Counted from the first letter of the stretch, positions 42,794 to 50,709 are shown. The stretch: DNA of 64,000 bases from Candidatus Saccharimonadota bacterium (GCA_009777315.1 WRMD01000002.1:10401-74400); one strand, 5' to 3'. Notes: generated from the sequence alone by a model not told the origin. Numbers and translations are program-made.

Positions 42794-43009
42794 CTAGGTT
42801 GATAATTTTCTCGGGCAAACGAGAGAGGCCGGTACTAGAGTTTCTAGTGCCCTTTCTGGGAGACTGCGAAGTCGCTTACCAGAATGTTCATGGATGCTGA
42901 TTTTATGCGTCCTGTGGTCTATGCTCCTTGGAGCTACACGTTGCCAGAGTTTATATATATCAAGTCTCTCCCCCAGCCCCCGCATGATTGTGACAAGTTT
43001 CTTGTTCAT
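42794..43009 (-). CDS. hypothetical small basic protein (71 aa)
   Basis: The ATG at 43009 is preceded by GGAGG with a 7-nt spacer. The sequence is MNKKLVTIMRGLGERLDIYKLWQRVAPRSIDHRTHKISIHEHSGKRLRSLPERALETLVPASLVCPRKLST. The N-terminal extension in the track ORF is not supported. Confidence 0.35.
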   Translation of the reverse strand: MNKKLVTIMRGLGERLDIYKLWQRVAPRSIDHRTHKISIHEHSGKRLRSLPERALETLVPASLVCPRKLST

Positions 43010-43207
43010 TGAAACGCCTCCTTTCTGAATATGAGTATAAGTACATGACACCATGGTCGGTATCGGTATCGGGGAATACGGTAAAAGTAAGTAACCCGCG
43101 GGGGCGGGAGAGATGTCACAAGACAGAGGGTCATGATCGCTCACGAACGATCAGAGCGGTCATGACTCGACCGTAAACTTTGGCTTCCTAAAGCCTTGAA
43201 ACCATAG

Positions 43208-43227
43208 ATGCATGTTGCAACATGCAT
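43208..43227. repeat. 20-bp perfect palindrome atgcatgttgcaacatgcat
   Basis: Self-complementary by inspection. It could be an operator or a hairpin. Confidence 0.8.
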
Positions 43228-43229
43228 GA

Positions 43230-43258
43230 GCGCCCTGCTGCAGAGGGCGCTTTTCTTT
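43230..43258 (+). terminator. rho-independent terminator
   Basis: Stem gcgccct-gctgcag-agggcgc followed by TTTTCTTT. Confidence 0.65.
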
Positions 43259-43277
43259 CCCTAAGAAACCAAGGTTT

Positions 43278-43485
43278 CCTCCCCACCCCCTACGGGTAGA
43301 CACAGCGGAGGGAGAGACCTATCCATGAATTGTTAGCGTATGTACCCGGGTAGATAATTGGAGGGCCCACCCATGTATAGATTGCGGTTGCTAAAGAAGA
43401 TAATGATGATAACCACCAGTGTTCGTTTTCGGTTCGTAAGCCAGACATACCGGTCTGAAGCCAACCCGTAGTGACAGTGGCGAAG
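43278..43485 (-). repeat. hypervariable cassette arm L20 (element 43278-43818)
   Basis: Outer boundary at 43278-43312 and inner boundary at 43473-43485. Open frame: FATVTTGWLQTGMSGLRTENEHWWLSSLSSLATAIYTWVGPPIIYPGTYANNSWIGLSLRCVYP*. Confidence 0.9.
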
Positions 43486-43602
43486 TTGGTCTAGCTCGCT
43501 AAAGCTCGCGATAAAGCAGACAAAATGTCATTTTGATCTGCTTTATGCCTACCGGCGTTCGCTAGCGCTCACGGGGGTAAGAAACTTTATAAAGTTCCGA
43601 CT

Positions 43603-43818
43603 CTCCTTCGCCACTGTCACTACGGACTATTTCACCGGCGGATCAGGACTTGTATTCAGAGACCCTGCGTATGCATATTGGTGGGGCTCATCGCTAACTT
43701 CGACTACCGGTATAGGCAATACCCATATCGGCGGACCTACTCTACGCCCAGGTACAGAAGGCGTAGGTAGATACTTCGGCTTCTCCCTCCGCTGTGTCTA
43801 CCCGTAGGGGGTGGGGAG
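43603..43818 (+). repeat. hypervariable cassette arm R21 (element 43278-43818)
   Basis: Inner boundary at 43603-43618 and TAG at 43805-43807. Open frame: FATVTTDYFTGGSGLVFRDPAYAYWWGSSLTSTTGIGNTHIGGPTLRPGTEGVGRYFGFSLRCVYP*. Confidence 0.9.
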
Positions 43819-43833
43819 ATCCAGTAAAGTGGG

Positions 43834-44964
43834 TTAGTGGATATACCAGTAGGGCTGGCCAGGGCCTTGGACGGCATCGAGCTGGAAGGTGAAGAAGCTG
43901 ACGCGGTTGAAGCCACCGAGGCGGCCGTCGACGGTTAGGCCGCGGCGAGCGTTCATTTCGGAGATGGTGAGGGTGTTGTTGACGATGTCGATGGATTCGA
44001 CGACGGCGACGTGGCCAAGGCCACCACCGACACCACCAACGTTTTGCATGATGGAGCCGACGGTCGGATAGCGGTTGACGGTGAAGCCATCGGCAGTAGC
44101 GCGAACTGCCCAAGTGGCGGCGTTGCCCCAGTGAGGACGGACGTCGAGGCCGAGTTCGCGGCGGCGGGCGTAAGAATACCAGGTGCAGTTACCCCAGGCG
44201 TAGGGGTTGTTGCCGCGGAGGGAGAGGGTTGGCTGGCGGATGGGAGCGACAAACTCCGGGCGTTCGTTGGGCGGGAGGATGCCGTTTGGGATGAGGATGC
44301 GTTCGCCGGGGATGAGGCGGACGATGCCTTCGACGCGGAGGTTGTTGTGGAGGACGATTTGCTCGGTAACGCCTTGGTAGCGTTCGGCGATGCGGGGGAG
44401 CTCGTCGTTTTGGCGGACAGTATAGATGACGCCGTCCATGACCGGAACAAAAATGTCGACACCGTCGGTGAGAGTATTGATGGAGATGGGGATGCTATTG
44501 GCCCAACGGAGGGTTTGAGCGGTGATGCTGTGGCGGGCAGCGACGGTGGGAACGTCGTCGCCGGGGAGAACGCGATAGGAGCGGCCGAGATGGGTGGCGA
44601 AGCCGCCGGGAGGGACGACCGGGCGCTCGATGGCGCCGCTTCCTAGAACAGTATCGCGAAGGATCATGAGCGAGGTGGCGGTGAGGGCGGCGTTGGCGCG
44701 TACGGGGAGGTTGGCGGTGGAAGCAAGCTCGGCGACGATGGTGGTCTCGATGATATTGCTGTGGCTAGCTTCGTAGGTGAGGCGGTCGTTGCTAGAGAAG
44801 AAAGCGTCCATGTTGGTGGCGGTCATGTTGCGCTCGGAGCAAAAAACCAGGCCGACAACGATGACGACGAAGGCAATACTATGCCCGATCAAACGACGAA
44901 GTGCGCGGCCGCGCTTGGTGCGAGGGCTGCGGACTCCTTTGAAAAACTGCAAAATTGATTGCAT
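43834..44964 (-). CDS. peptidoglycan hydrolase with two LysM domains and a C-terminal CHAP domain
   Basis: LysM-like YRVLPGDDVPTVAARHSI and YTVRQNDELPRIAERY. The CHAP domain is GNCTWYSYARR...GHVAVVES. TGgTATAAT ends 7 nt before the ATG. Confidence 0.8.
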   Translation of the reverse strand: MQSILQFFKGVRSPRTKRGRALRRLIGHSIAFVVIVVGLVFCSERNMTATNMDAFFSSNDRLTYEASHSNIIETTIVAELASTANLPVRANAALTATSLMILRDTVLGSGAIERPVVPPGGFATHLGRSYRVLPGDDVPTVAARHSITAQTLRWANSIPISINTLTDGVDIFVPVMDGVIYTVRQNDELPRIAERYQGVTEQIVLHNNLRVEGIVRLIPGERILIPNGILPPNERPEFVAPIRQPTLSLRGNNPYAWGNCTWYSYARRRELGLDVRPHWGNAATWAVRATADGFTVNRYPTVGSIMQNVGGVGGGLGHVAVVESIDIVNNTLTISEMNARRGLTVDGRLGGFNRVSFFTFQLDAVQGPGQPYWYIH

Positions 44965-45002
44965 ACTCTATATTATACCATTTTTAATGGGCTATGACTA
45001 GC

Positions 45003-45884
45003 TTAACCGGCTCCGCAGCGAACTTTGCAATAATTACGGATGTTGGCTTGGTGCTCGGCGAGGGTGCGGGCGAAGCGGGTCTGACCGTCGTCGTCCGAAA
45101 TGAAGAAGCAGTAACTATTCTCGCTTGGGTTGGCGGTGGCGAGAAGGGTGGCGCCGGAGGGGTTGCTGATGGGGCCAGGTGGGAGGCCGACGTGTAGGCG
45201 GGTGTTGTAGGGCGAGTTGAAGTTGAGAGCGGTGGCGACTTCGGCGGTGGTGGTGGGTCGGGGGTTGCCGGCGAGCATCCAGCCATAGATGAAGGTGGGG
45301 TCGGCGCCGAGGCGGGGGTTGCCGATTTGGGACTGGCAGCGGCCTTGGAGGCGATTGAGGAGGAGACCGGCGACCATCTCGCGGTCGGAGGCGGCGGTGA
45401 CTTCGCGCTCGACGATGGAGGCGAGGATGATGCCTTCGTAGAGGGTGAGGTTTTGACGCTCAAAAGCGGCGGTGAGCTGGTGGCGAGTTGTGAAGGTCTG
45501 GAGCTCGCGCATGGCGCGCTGGATGACGTCGGCAGGAGTGGCGGTCTCAAAAAACTCGTAGGTCTCGGGAAAAATGAGGCCTTCGGCGGTGTTGCCCTCG
45601 GGTCGGCCGAAGAAGCCATCGAGGGGGGTGGGTTCGCGCATGGCGGTTTGCCACTCGGAGCTGCCGAAACGAGCGTCAAAAGCGACGGCGAGAGAGAACA
45701 TGTCACTGCCGGGGACAATCATGGCGCGGAAGGTAGCGGCCTTTTCGTTTTCGATTTGCTCTTGTTCGAGGCGGCGTTGCTCGCGCTCGTTGAGCTGGCG
45801 CTGGATGAAGAGCGCCATGAGGGCACCGGTGAGAATAATCATAATGATGAGAATAACTGTGAGGAGGCGGAGGGTTCTATGCAT
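45003..45884 (-). CDS. mltG: endolytic murein transglycosylase (YceG/MltG family)
   Basis: N-terminal anchor, LASIVEREV, and YCFFISDDDGQTRFARTLAEH. Confidence 0.8.
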   Translation of the reverse strand: MHRTLRLLTVILIIMIILTGALMALFIQRQLNEREQRRLEQEQIENEKAATFRAMIVPGSDMFSLAVAFDARFGSSEWQTAMREPTPLDGFFGRPEGNTAEGLIFPETYEFFETATPADVIQRAMRELQTFTTRHQLTAAFERQNLTLYEGIILASIVEREVTAASDREMVAGLLLNRLQGRCQSQIGNPRLGADPTFIYGWMLAGNPRPTTTAEVATALNFNSPYNTRLHVGLPPGPISNPSGATLLATANPSENSYCFFISDDDGQTRFARTLAEHQANIRNYCKVRCGAG

Positions 45885-46248
45885 GGTGATTCCTTTCTAG
45901 CCAATCTTGGAGGATAATCCGAGCGGCTTCTTTGTCTATGTCCATTTTATCATATGGACGACCGGTTGTGTCAAGATTCTCGCGAGCGAGGACAGAGGTG
46001 AGAGATTCGTCTTGAAAAACTACCTCATAGGGGAGCCCGCTGGCTACGGCGCGGACGGTGGCGGTTTGCTTGGTTTCTTCGCCGGAAGAGTTGCGAGGGA
46101 GGCCGACGACAATGAGGTCGGGGGCTGCTTCTTCGAGCGTGGCGAGGAGGTCGTCAGGGGAAACAGTCGCGAGCGGGATGGCGATTTTGCCGGAGGCCTT
46201 GGCTATACCCACCCGCTTTTCGCCGATGTCGAGCGCGACGATGTTCAT
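45877..46248 (-). CDS. ruvX: Holliday junction resolvase-like protein YqgF/RuvX
   Basis: Motifs IVALDIGEKRVGIA and GLPRNSSGEE. Confidence 0.85.
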   Translation of the reverse strand: MNIVALDIGEKRVGIAKASGKIAIPLATVSPDDLLATLEEAAPDLIVVGLPRNSSGEETKQTATVRAVASGLPYEVVFQDESLTSVLARENLDTTGRPYDKMDIDKEAARIILQDWLERNHHA

Positions 46249-46249
46249 A

Positions 46250-47854
46250 CTAATCGCCCATTCTGATCTCGACCGTGATGTGATCGAACTGGGTAGGGAC
46301 GCGATTGACCCAGAAGAAGTTGAAGCGAACGGTAGCGTTTGTGATGTCGCGGCTTTGGATGGCGCGATTGGCGTCGCTGGCGCTCCGACCGGCGACGGCT
46401 TCCTTGACGGAATCTTCGGAGATGTCGGGGCCGACGACGGTGGTGGTTTGGAGGCGGGAGGTCATTTGATTGTTAGCTTCGGAGAAATTGCCGAAGAACA
46501 TGCGGTCAAAGCCGAGGTCGAAGATTTTGGTGCTGTCTTCGCCAGCGACGCGCTCTTCTTCACGGATGCGGATGAAGGTTTCGAGGTCGGCGCGATTGAC
46601 GCCGTAACCGGTGAAGGTGGTGGTTTGGCGGATAGTAATGCGTTGGTCGGACCCGACTTCGGCGTCGACGGCGGCAGAACTGGTCGGATCGCTAGTAGAG
46701 GAGGTGAAGGCGGCGCGCGGCAGGGCGATAAGATCGGCGGCGAAGTTGTTGGCGAGCTCGGTTTCGGCGGCTTGGCGGTTGACAACAGGGAGGGCGGCAA
46801 GGGCGGAGTCGTAGTCGCTTTGAGAGACGATAGTGATAGTGCGTTTACTGCCGCCGGTGATGCTCATGGCAGTGGCGGTAAAGTTGTGGGGAGTGCCGGC
46901 CAAGGTAATGGAAAAGGCGCCGCCACTGGTGCGATTGAATTCGTCGCCGAGGGCGGTGGCACGGACGTTCAGTGTTACCTGACCAGAGTTGGCTGTGGTG
47001 GCTTCAGTGGTGCGATAAGTGTGGCTGCCGATGGTGATGGCGGTGTTGGAAGGGATGTTGGCAGGGAGCCCGGCGTAAGTGAAGGTGATCTGACCGCTGG
47101 CGTACTCGCCGATTTCACGACTACCTGTAGCAGTGAACTCGTATTCGCTGACTTTTTCGAGGGTCTCGGAGTGAAGAAGGAAGACGCCGGCTTCTGGGTT
47201 GGCCTCGCCAGCGTTACGAGTGAAGGAAATGGGTTCGTTGAAATTGTGGCGGCTGGTGCGGGCAGTAATCTCGATGGTAGCGCGGGCGGGAACAAAAACG
47301 ATGACGCTAATGATGGCAAGAATGATAACACCGATGGGGATGAGAACGAAGCGGGCGTATTTTTTAAACCAGTCCTTGAAGGATTTGACCTCTTGAGTTT
47401 CGGTGGACTTTTTGGTGTCGGCGAGCTTAACCTTGGGGACGAGGTTGCCGTCGCTGAGCGGATCAGTAGCAGCGACATCGGCAGCAGCTTCGTCTTCGAG
47501 GTCGGTGAATCCGATGGGGGGGGCGGGGTCGTCTGGCTCGTCGATGGTGCTCCCGTGACTGTCAGCTTGGTCGGGTTTAGGCGGTAGGACGGGCTTGTCA
47601 CGAAGGGACTTGGCGACGGGCAGGCCGACTTGGCCGGCTAAAGGCAAAATCTCGGGGTTGTTGCTGACGAGGACGATGGATTTTTTGCCGCGGGTGGCAA
47701 CACGAGAGAGGAGGCGGATGTTGACGATGTTGCGTAGGGCGCCGAGAGACTTCGGTAGAACTAAAACGACTAATTGAGATTTAGCGCGGGTGACTTTGGC
47801 GGAAATGGTGGTAATATCATCAGCCAAATCTAGGTAGATGGTTTCTTTAGTCAT
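46250..47854 (-). CDS. hypothetical membrane-anchored protein (between ruvX and ftsA)
   Basis: 534 aa with one TM helix (FVLIPIGVIILAIISVIVFV) and an extracytoplasmic Thr/Ser-rich region. The 509-aa plus-strand ORF is a low-complexity shadow. Confidence 0.6.
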   Translation of the reverse strand: MTKETIYLDLADDITTISAKVTRAKSQLVVLVLPKSLGALRNIVNIRLLSRVATRGKKSIVLVSNNPEILPLAGQVGLPVAKSLRDKPVLPPKPDQADSHGSTIDEPDDPAPPIGFTDLEDEAAADVAATDPLSDGNLVPKVKLADTKKSTETQEVKSFKDWFKKYARFVLIPIGVIILAIISVIVFVPARATIEITARTSRHNFNEPISFTRNAGEANPEAGVFLLHSETLEKVSEYEFTATGSREIGEYASGQITFTYAGLPANIPSNTAITIGSHTYRTTEATTANSGQVTLNVRATALGDEFNRTSGGAFSITLAGTPHNFTATAMSITGGSKRTITIVSQSDYDSALAALPVVNRQAAETELANNFAADLIALPRAAFTSSTSDPTSSAAVDAEVGSDQRITIRQTTTFTGYGVNRADLETFIRIREEERVAGEDSTKIFDLGFDRMFFGNFSEANNQMTSRLQTTTVVGPDISEDSVKEAVAGRSASDANRAIQSRDITNATVRFNFFWVNRVPTQFDHITVEIRMGD

Positions 47855-47863
47855 AAGTATATT

Positions 47864-49075
47864 CTAACTTGACAGAGAGTCCTTTGCAACCCACAGCAAG
47901 CCGATGGCAGTGATGAAGGAATGGTCGATTTCTTCGATGCCGCGGTTCTTGATACCAGGGAGAGCGGAGGGGTCGATGAGCTTGACTTCGGGGGTTTTGG
48001 CGAAAGGGAGATCTTCGAGGAAAGAGTCCGACTTCAGGACTTCGGTGATTTGGTCGAGGCTGGCACCGCCGCCACAGAGGAGGATCTTGCTAGGGAGGTG
48101 GTCGAGGCCACCGAACTCTTCGAGAGACATGCCGACGCCGGCTTGCCAGATGGTGAGGCTAGGCTGGACTGCGGCTAGGATCCTTTCGCGGGTGGCGTCG
48201 CTGAGGGCGTCGCTGCCGAGGGCGAGTTTGCACTTTTCGGCCGCGGCCATGTCGAGGTCCATGGAGTCGGCGATTTGACGGGTGAAGGAGCGGCCGCCGA
48301 TGGCGAAGGATTTGGTGCCTTCGACGCCGCCGTTAGAAACGACCGCGACGTCGGTGGTGCCGCCGCCGATGTCGAGAATGATAGTGGTGATATTGGAGGC
48401 GGTTTGGTCGCCGACGACAGCGCGGAAAACGGCGAAGGGCTCGGTGGCGATGGCGAGGAGGTCGAGGTCAAGTTCGCGGCAGACGGCTTCCATGGGGCCG
48501 ATGTGGACGAGGGGGGCGAAGGCGGTGTAGATTTGGACGGCGATTTCTTTGCCGGGGAAACCGATGGGGTTGGTGACTTTGTAGCCGTCGATGTCCATAC
48601 CGACAAGGGCGGAGTTGATGAGGCGGATTTTGGTGTCGCGGTTGGTCTCGCGGTTGATTTGTTTTTCGGTGTTTTCGAGGGCGCGATTTTCGACCTTTTG
48701 GAGGATTGAATGCATTTCGTCTTCGGCGATGGGGGTTTCGTGGTTTTTGCGGCGGTAGGTAATGGTGGTGGCGGAGGCTTTGACGAGTTCGCCGGCGACA
48801 CCAACGACGGTTTTTCTGAGGGGTTGGCCGATTTGGCGTTCGAGTTCGGAGATGGCTTTTTCGCAGGCTACGGTAACAGCACGAATGTCGGCGATAGCGC
48901 CGTCGTGCATGGCGCCGGCCTCCTGGCGGACTTTGTTAGCACCGAGGATTTCGATGCGGTCGTCGAGCTTGGCGGCGAGGACTTTAACGAATTCGGTGCC
49001 GATGTCGAGCGCGAGGACGGCTTCGCCCTTAGTGGGCTTGAGCTTGGATAGCCTCTCTACAATCTTGTTCCGCAT
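47864..49075 (-). CDS. ftsA: cell division protein FtsA (actin-like ATPase)
   Basis: Motifs LALDIGTEFVKV, ILDIGGGTTDVAVV and LCGGGASL. I prefer the ATG at 49075 because TGaTACAAT ends 8 nt upstream. The track start is 49276. Confidence 0.8.
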   Translation of the reverse strand: MRNKIVERLSKLKPTKGEAVLALDIGTEFVKVLAAKLDDRIEILGANKVRQEAGAMHDGAIADIRAVTVACEKAISELERQIGQPLRKTVVGVAGELVKASATTITYRRKNHETPIAEDEMHSILQKVENRALENTEKQINRETNRDTKIRLINSALVGMDIDGYKVTNPIGFPGKEIAVQIYTAFAPLVHIGPMEAVCRELDLDLLAIATEPFAVFRAVVGDQTASNITTIILDIGGGTTDVAVVSNGGVEGTKSFAIGGRSFTRQIADSMDLDMAAAEKCKLALGSDALSDATRERILAAVQPSLTIWQAGVGMSLEEFGGLDHLPSKILLCGGGASLDQITEVLKSDSFLEDLPFAKTPEVKLIDPSALPGIKNRGIEEIDHSFITAIGLLWVAKDSLSS

Positions 49076-49321
49076 GTGGTTATATTGTATCACATTATGC
49101 TCCTGCCCGCCATTAATCGCAACATGGGTGACTCTCTGGGCTCGGTCGCTGGCTCGGTTTCTCGGACACAGCATCATTTTAATCCGTCGCCACGGACTAA
49201 AATGTGCTTTTACCTCGTGCTGCCGCACTCCGGGACATTCCTCAAAATCCGACCAGCATCCCGAGCCCGAGGTCATCCCGTTGCTAATCCTGCGGGCTAG
49301 AAGATAAGTTTGCTACATCTA

Positions 49322-49539
49322 CCCCGCCACCCCCTACAGGTAGACACAGCGGAGGGGGTGGCCACGGAACTTATGGCTGCCCGAACGGACTCCCGGGTCA
49401 ATAACAGTGGCGCTAACACCTGTGTAGCTCGGTGTTGTTGCGGAGAAAAGTGAAGAGGAACGCGGAACGAACCATGTGGATTGACCAATTAGGCCGCCAC
49501 TAGCAGGATTAAAGGCGTCTGATGAGGCAGTGGCGAAGG
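49322..49539 (-). repeat. hypervariable cassette arm L22 (element 49322-49769)
   Basis: This is the most diverged boundary (ccccgccaccccctacagg, giving RCVYL*). The inner boundary is ggcagtggcgaagg. Frame from track ORF 49334-49558: FATASSDAFNPASGGLIGQSTWFVPRSSSLFSATTPSYTGVSATVIDPGVRSGSHKFRGHPLRCVYL*. Confidence 0.85.
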
Positions 49540-49546
49540 CTCGCTC

Positions 49547-49769
49547 CTCCTTCGCCACTGTCGCGAATGGATTCTTTTACATTATTGCTCCTCTAGGGCC
49601 CGGGTTGAATAACCAGTCTGATCATGTATATTGGTGGAACTCTTCACTGGCTTCATCATCAAACATAGCTAACTCCGGTATGACCGTAGCACATCTGCAT
49701 GCGGGGGCGAACAGTAGCGTCAAGTTTATTGGCTTCTCCCTCCGCTGTGTCTACCCGTAGGGGGTGGGG
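49547..49769 (+). repeat. hypervariable cassette arm R23 (element 49322-49769, only 7 nt of spacer)
   Basis: Inner boundary at 49547-49562 and TAG at 49758-49760. Open frame: FATVANGFFYIIAPLGPGLNNQSDHVYWWNSSLASSSNIANSGMTVAHLHAGANSSVKFIGFSLRCVYP*. Confidence 0.9.
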
Positions 49770-49803
49770 CAAACTCGGGCTGGGGGTGTGATAAGATAAA
49801 CAT

Positions 49804-50301
49804 ATGCGTGATAGTTTGAGTGAGCTTTATAAAGCGAATCGGTGGATTGTGGGGAGTGTCCTAGGGATACTATTAATTGCGCTAGTGGTGGTGTGGCCGG
49901 TACTGGTGAGACCGAATATCATTATAACGCAGGTGGGACATACGACGCAGCAGTTTGTAGCGCCGTGCCGGCAGCCGGTGCTGACAATTAATTCGCGGAG
50001 TGGGTTGTACGCGACGCGCGAGATAAATACTTGCGTGGGGCATGAGCGGCTAGATGGGACGGTGAGCAGGCGGGGGATGTTGTCGATAGCGAGGCGGGCG
50101 GATGTGGCGAATATGCTCAGGGAAATTGAGCGGGATCCGGCGCCGAGAATGGTGATGCCGAGATGTAGGGTGGGGATGTGCGAGCCGTCGCGGATATACG
50201 GAGTAGAGACGCCGGTGGGGAACGCGGCGATGTACTATTTTGTGGATGAGGACTTTATGAGTGACGTGATGCGGTTGTTGCGCGAGATGTCGCATAATTA
50301 A
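49804..50301 (+). CDS. hypothetical membrane-anchored protein
   Basis: 165 aa with an N-terminal helix WIVGSVLGILLIALVVVWPVLV. TGaTAAGAT ends 6 nt before the ATG. Confidence 0.5.
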   Translation: MRDSLSELYKANRWIVGSVLGILLIALVVVWPVLVRPNIIITQVGHTTQQFVAPCRQPVLTINSRSGLYATREINTCVGHERLDGTVSRRGMLSIARRADVANMLREIERDPAPRMVMPRCRVGMCEPSRIYGVETPVGNAAMYYFVDEDFMSDVMRLLREMSHN

Positions 50302-50313
50302 ATCGCAAATAAA

Positions 50314-50709
50314 CTAAGTAGAGGGTGGAGTTTTGGTGAGATGGCAGGCGGCGGTTTTGCTGAAGGCGCCGGCGCGCTTCATGAACTTGGCGAACCAGAA
50401 AATGGAGAAGGCGATGATGAGGAAGTTGATGACGTTTTGGAGGAAGACGCCGTAGGTGACGACAGCTTCGCCGACGGTGAACTCGAGGCCGGAGATGTCG
50501 CGGCCGCCGAGGAGAACACCGACGAGCGGCATGATGATGTTGTTGACTAGAGAGTTGACGATTTGGCCGAAAGCGGCGCCGATGACAACGGCGACAGCGA
50601 GATCGACGACGTTGCGCTGCTCGATGAAGGCGATGAACTCAGAGACCCAGCCTTGTTTTGGCGGCGGGGTTGGTGCTTTGGGGGTTTTGCCAGCTTGGGA
50701 TTTGCTCAT
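50314..50709 (-). CDS. mscL: large-conductance mechanosensitive channel
   Basis: FIEQRNVVDLAVAVVIGAAFGQIVNSLVNNIIMPLVG. Confidence 0.85.
   Translation of the reverse strand: MSKSQAGKTPKAPTPPPKQGWVSEFIAFIEQRNVVDLAVAVVIGAAFGQIVNSLVNNIIMPLVGVLLGGRDISGLEFTVGEAVVTYGVFLQNVINFLIIAFSIFWFAKFMKRAGAFSKTAACHLTKTPPST

Noticed and set aside
42650-43260. The region might be RNase P RNA, tmRNA, SRP RNA or 6S RNA.
   Set aside because: None of the signature motifs I know is present on either strand. These include GGAAAGTCC and ACAGAA..GGCTTA for RNase P, a tRNA-like end with TCCACCA for tmRNA, and the GGAA/AGCA SRP domain IV.
43801-43818. The G-rich tail GGGGGTGGGGAGG might be a G-quadruplex like the one required for Neisseria pilin variation.
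   Set aside because: There are only three G-tracts of unequal length. At best a weak two-tetrad structure could form, and I cannot support that from sequence alone.
44984-45718. The 244-aa minus-strand ORF overlapping mltG in another frame.
   Set aside because: It is Pro/Ser/Ala/Thr low complexity. The 45003-45884 frame carries the YceG/MltG motifs.
46058-47587. The 509-aa plus-strand ORF.
   Set aside because: It is a Gly/Asp/Val/Ala low-complexity shadow of the minus-strand gene 46250-47854, which has a TM helix and sensible composition. The same applies to 37583-38776 (shadow of rseP), 6426-7331, 12486-13190, 3508-4116, 3635-4357, 22884-23634, 17077-17913 and the many Pro/Ser/Arg-rich antisense ORFs throughout.
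49076-49276. The N-terminal 67-codon extension of the ftsA ORF.
   Set aside because: The extension has no FtsA similarity. An extended -10 element sits 8 nt upstream of the internal ATG at 49075.
5620-49769. The 35-nt conserved sequence might be a CRISPR repeat.
   Set aside because: Copies occur in both orientations. Spacing ranges from about 0.2 kb to several kb, with housekeeping genes in between. The sequence is the 3' end of an open reading frame. There are no cas genes and no regular repeat-spacer periodicity.
5620-49769. The arms might be variable regions of a diversity-generating retroelement.
   Set aside because: There is no reverse transcriptase, Avd or template repeat in the window. 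The arms differ from each other by whole-codon indels and at all base types, not only at adenine-templated positions. I keep DGR only as a conceptual analogy (lectin-fold C-terminal variability with a conserved GC-rich 3' boundary).
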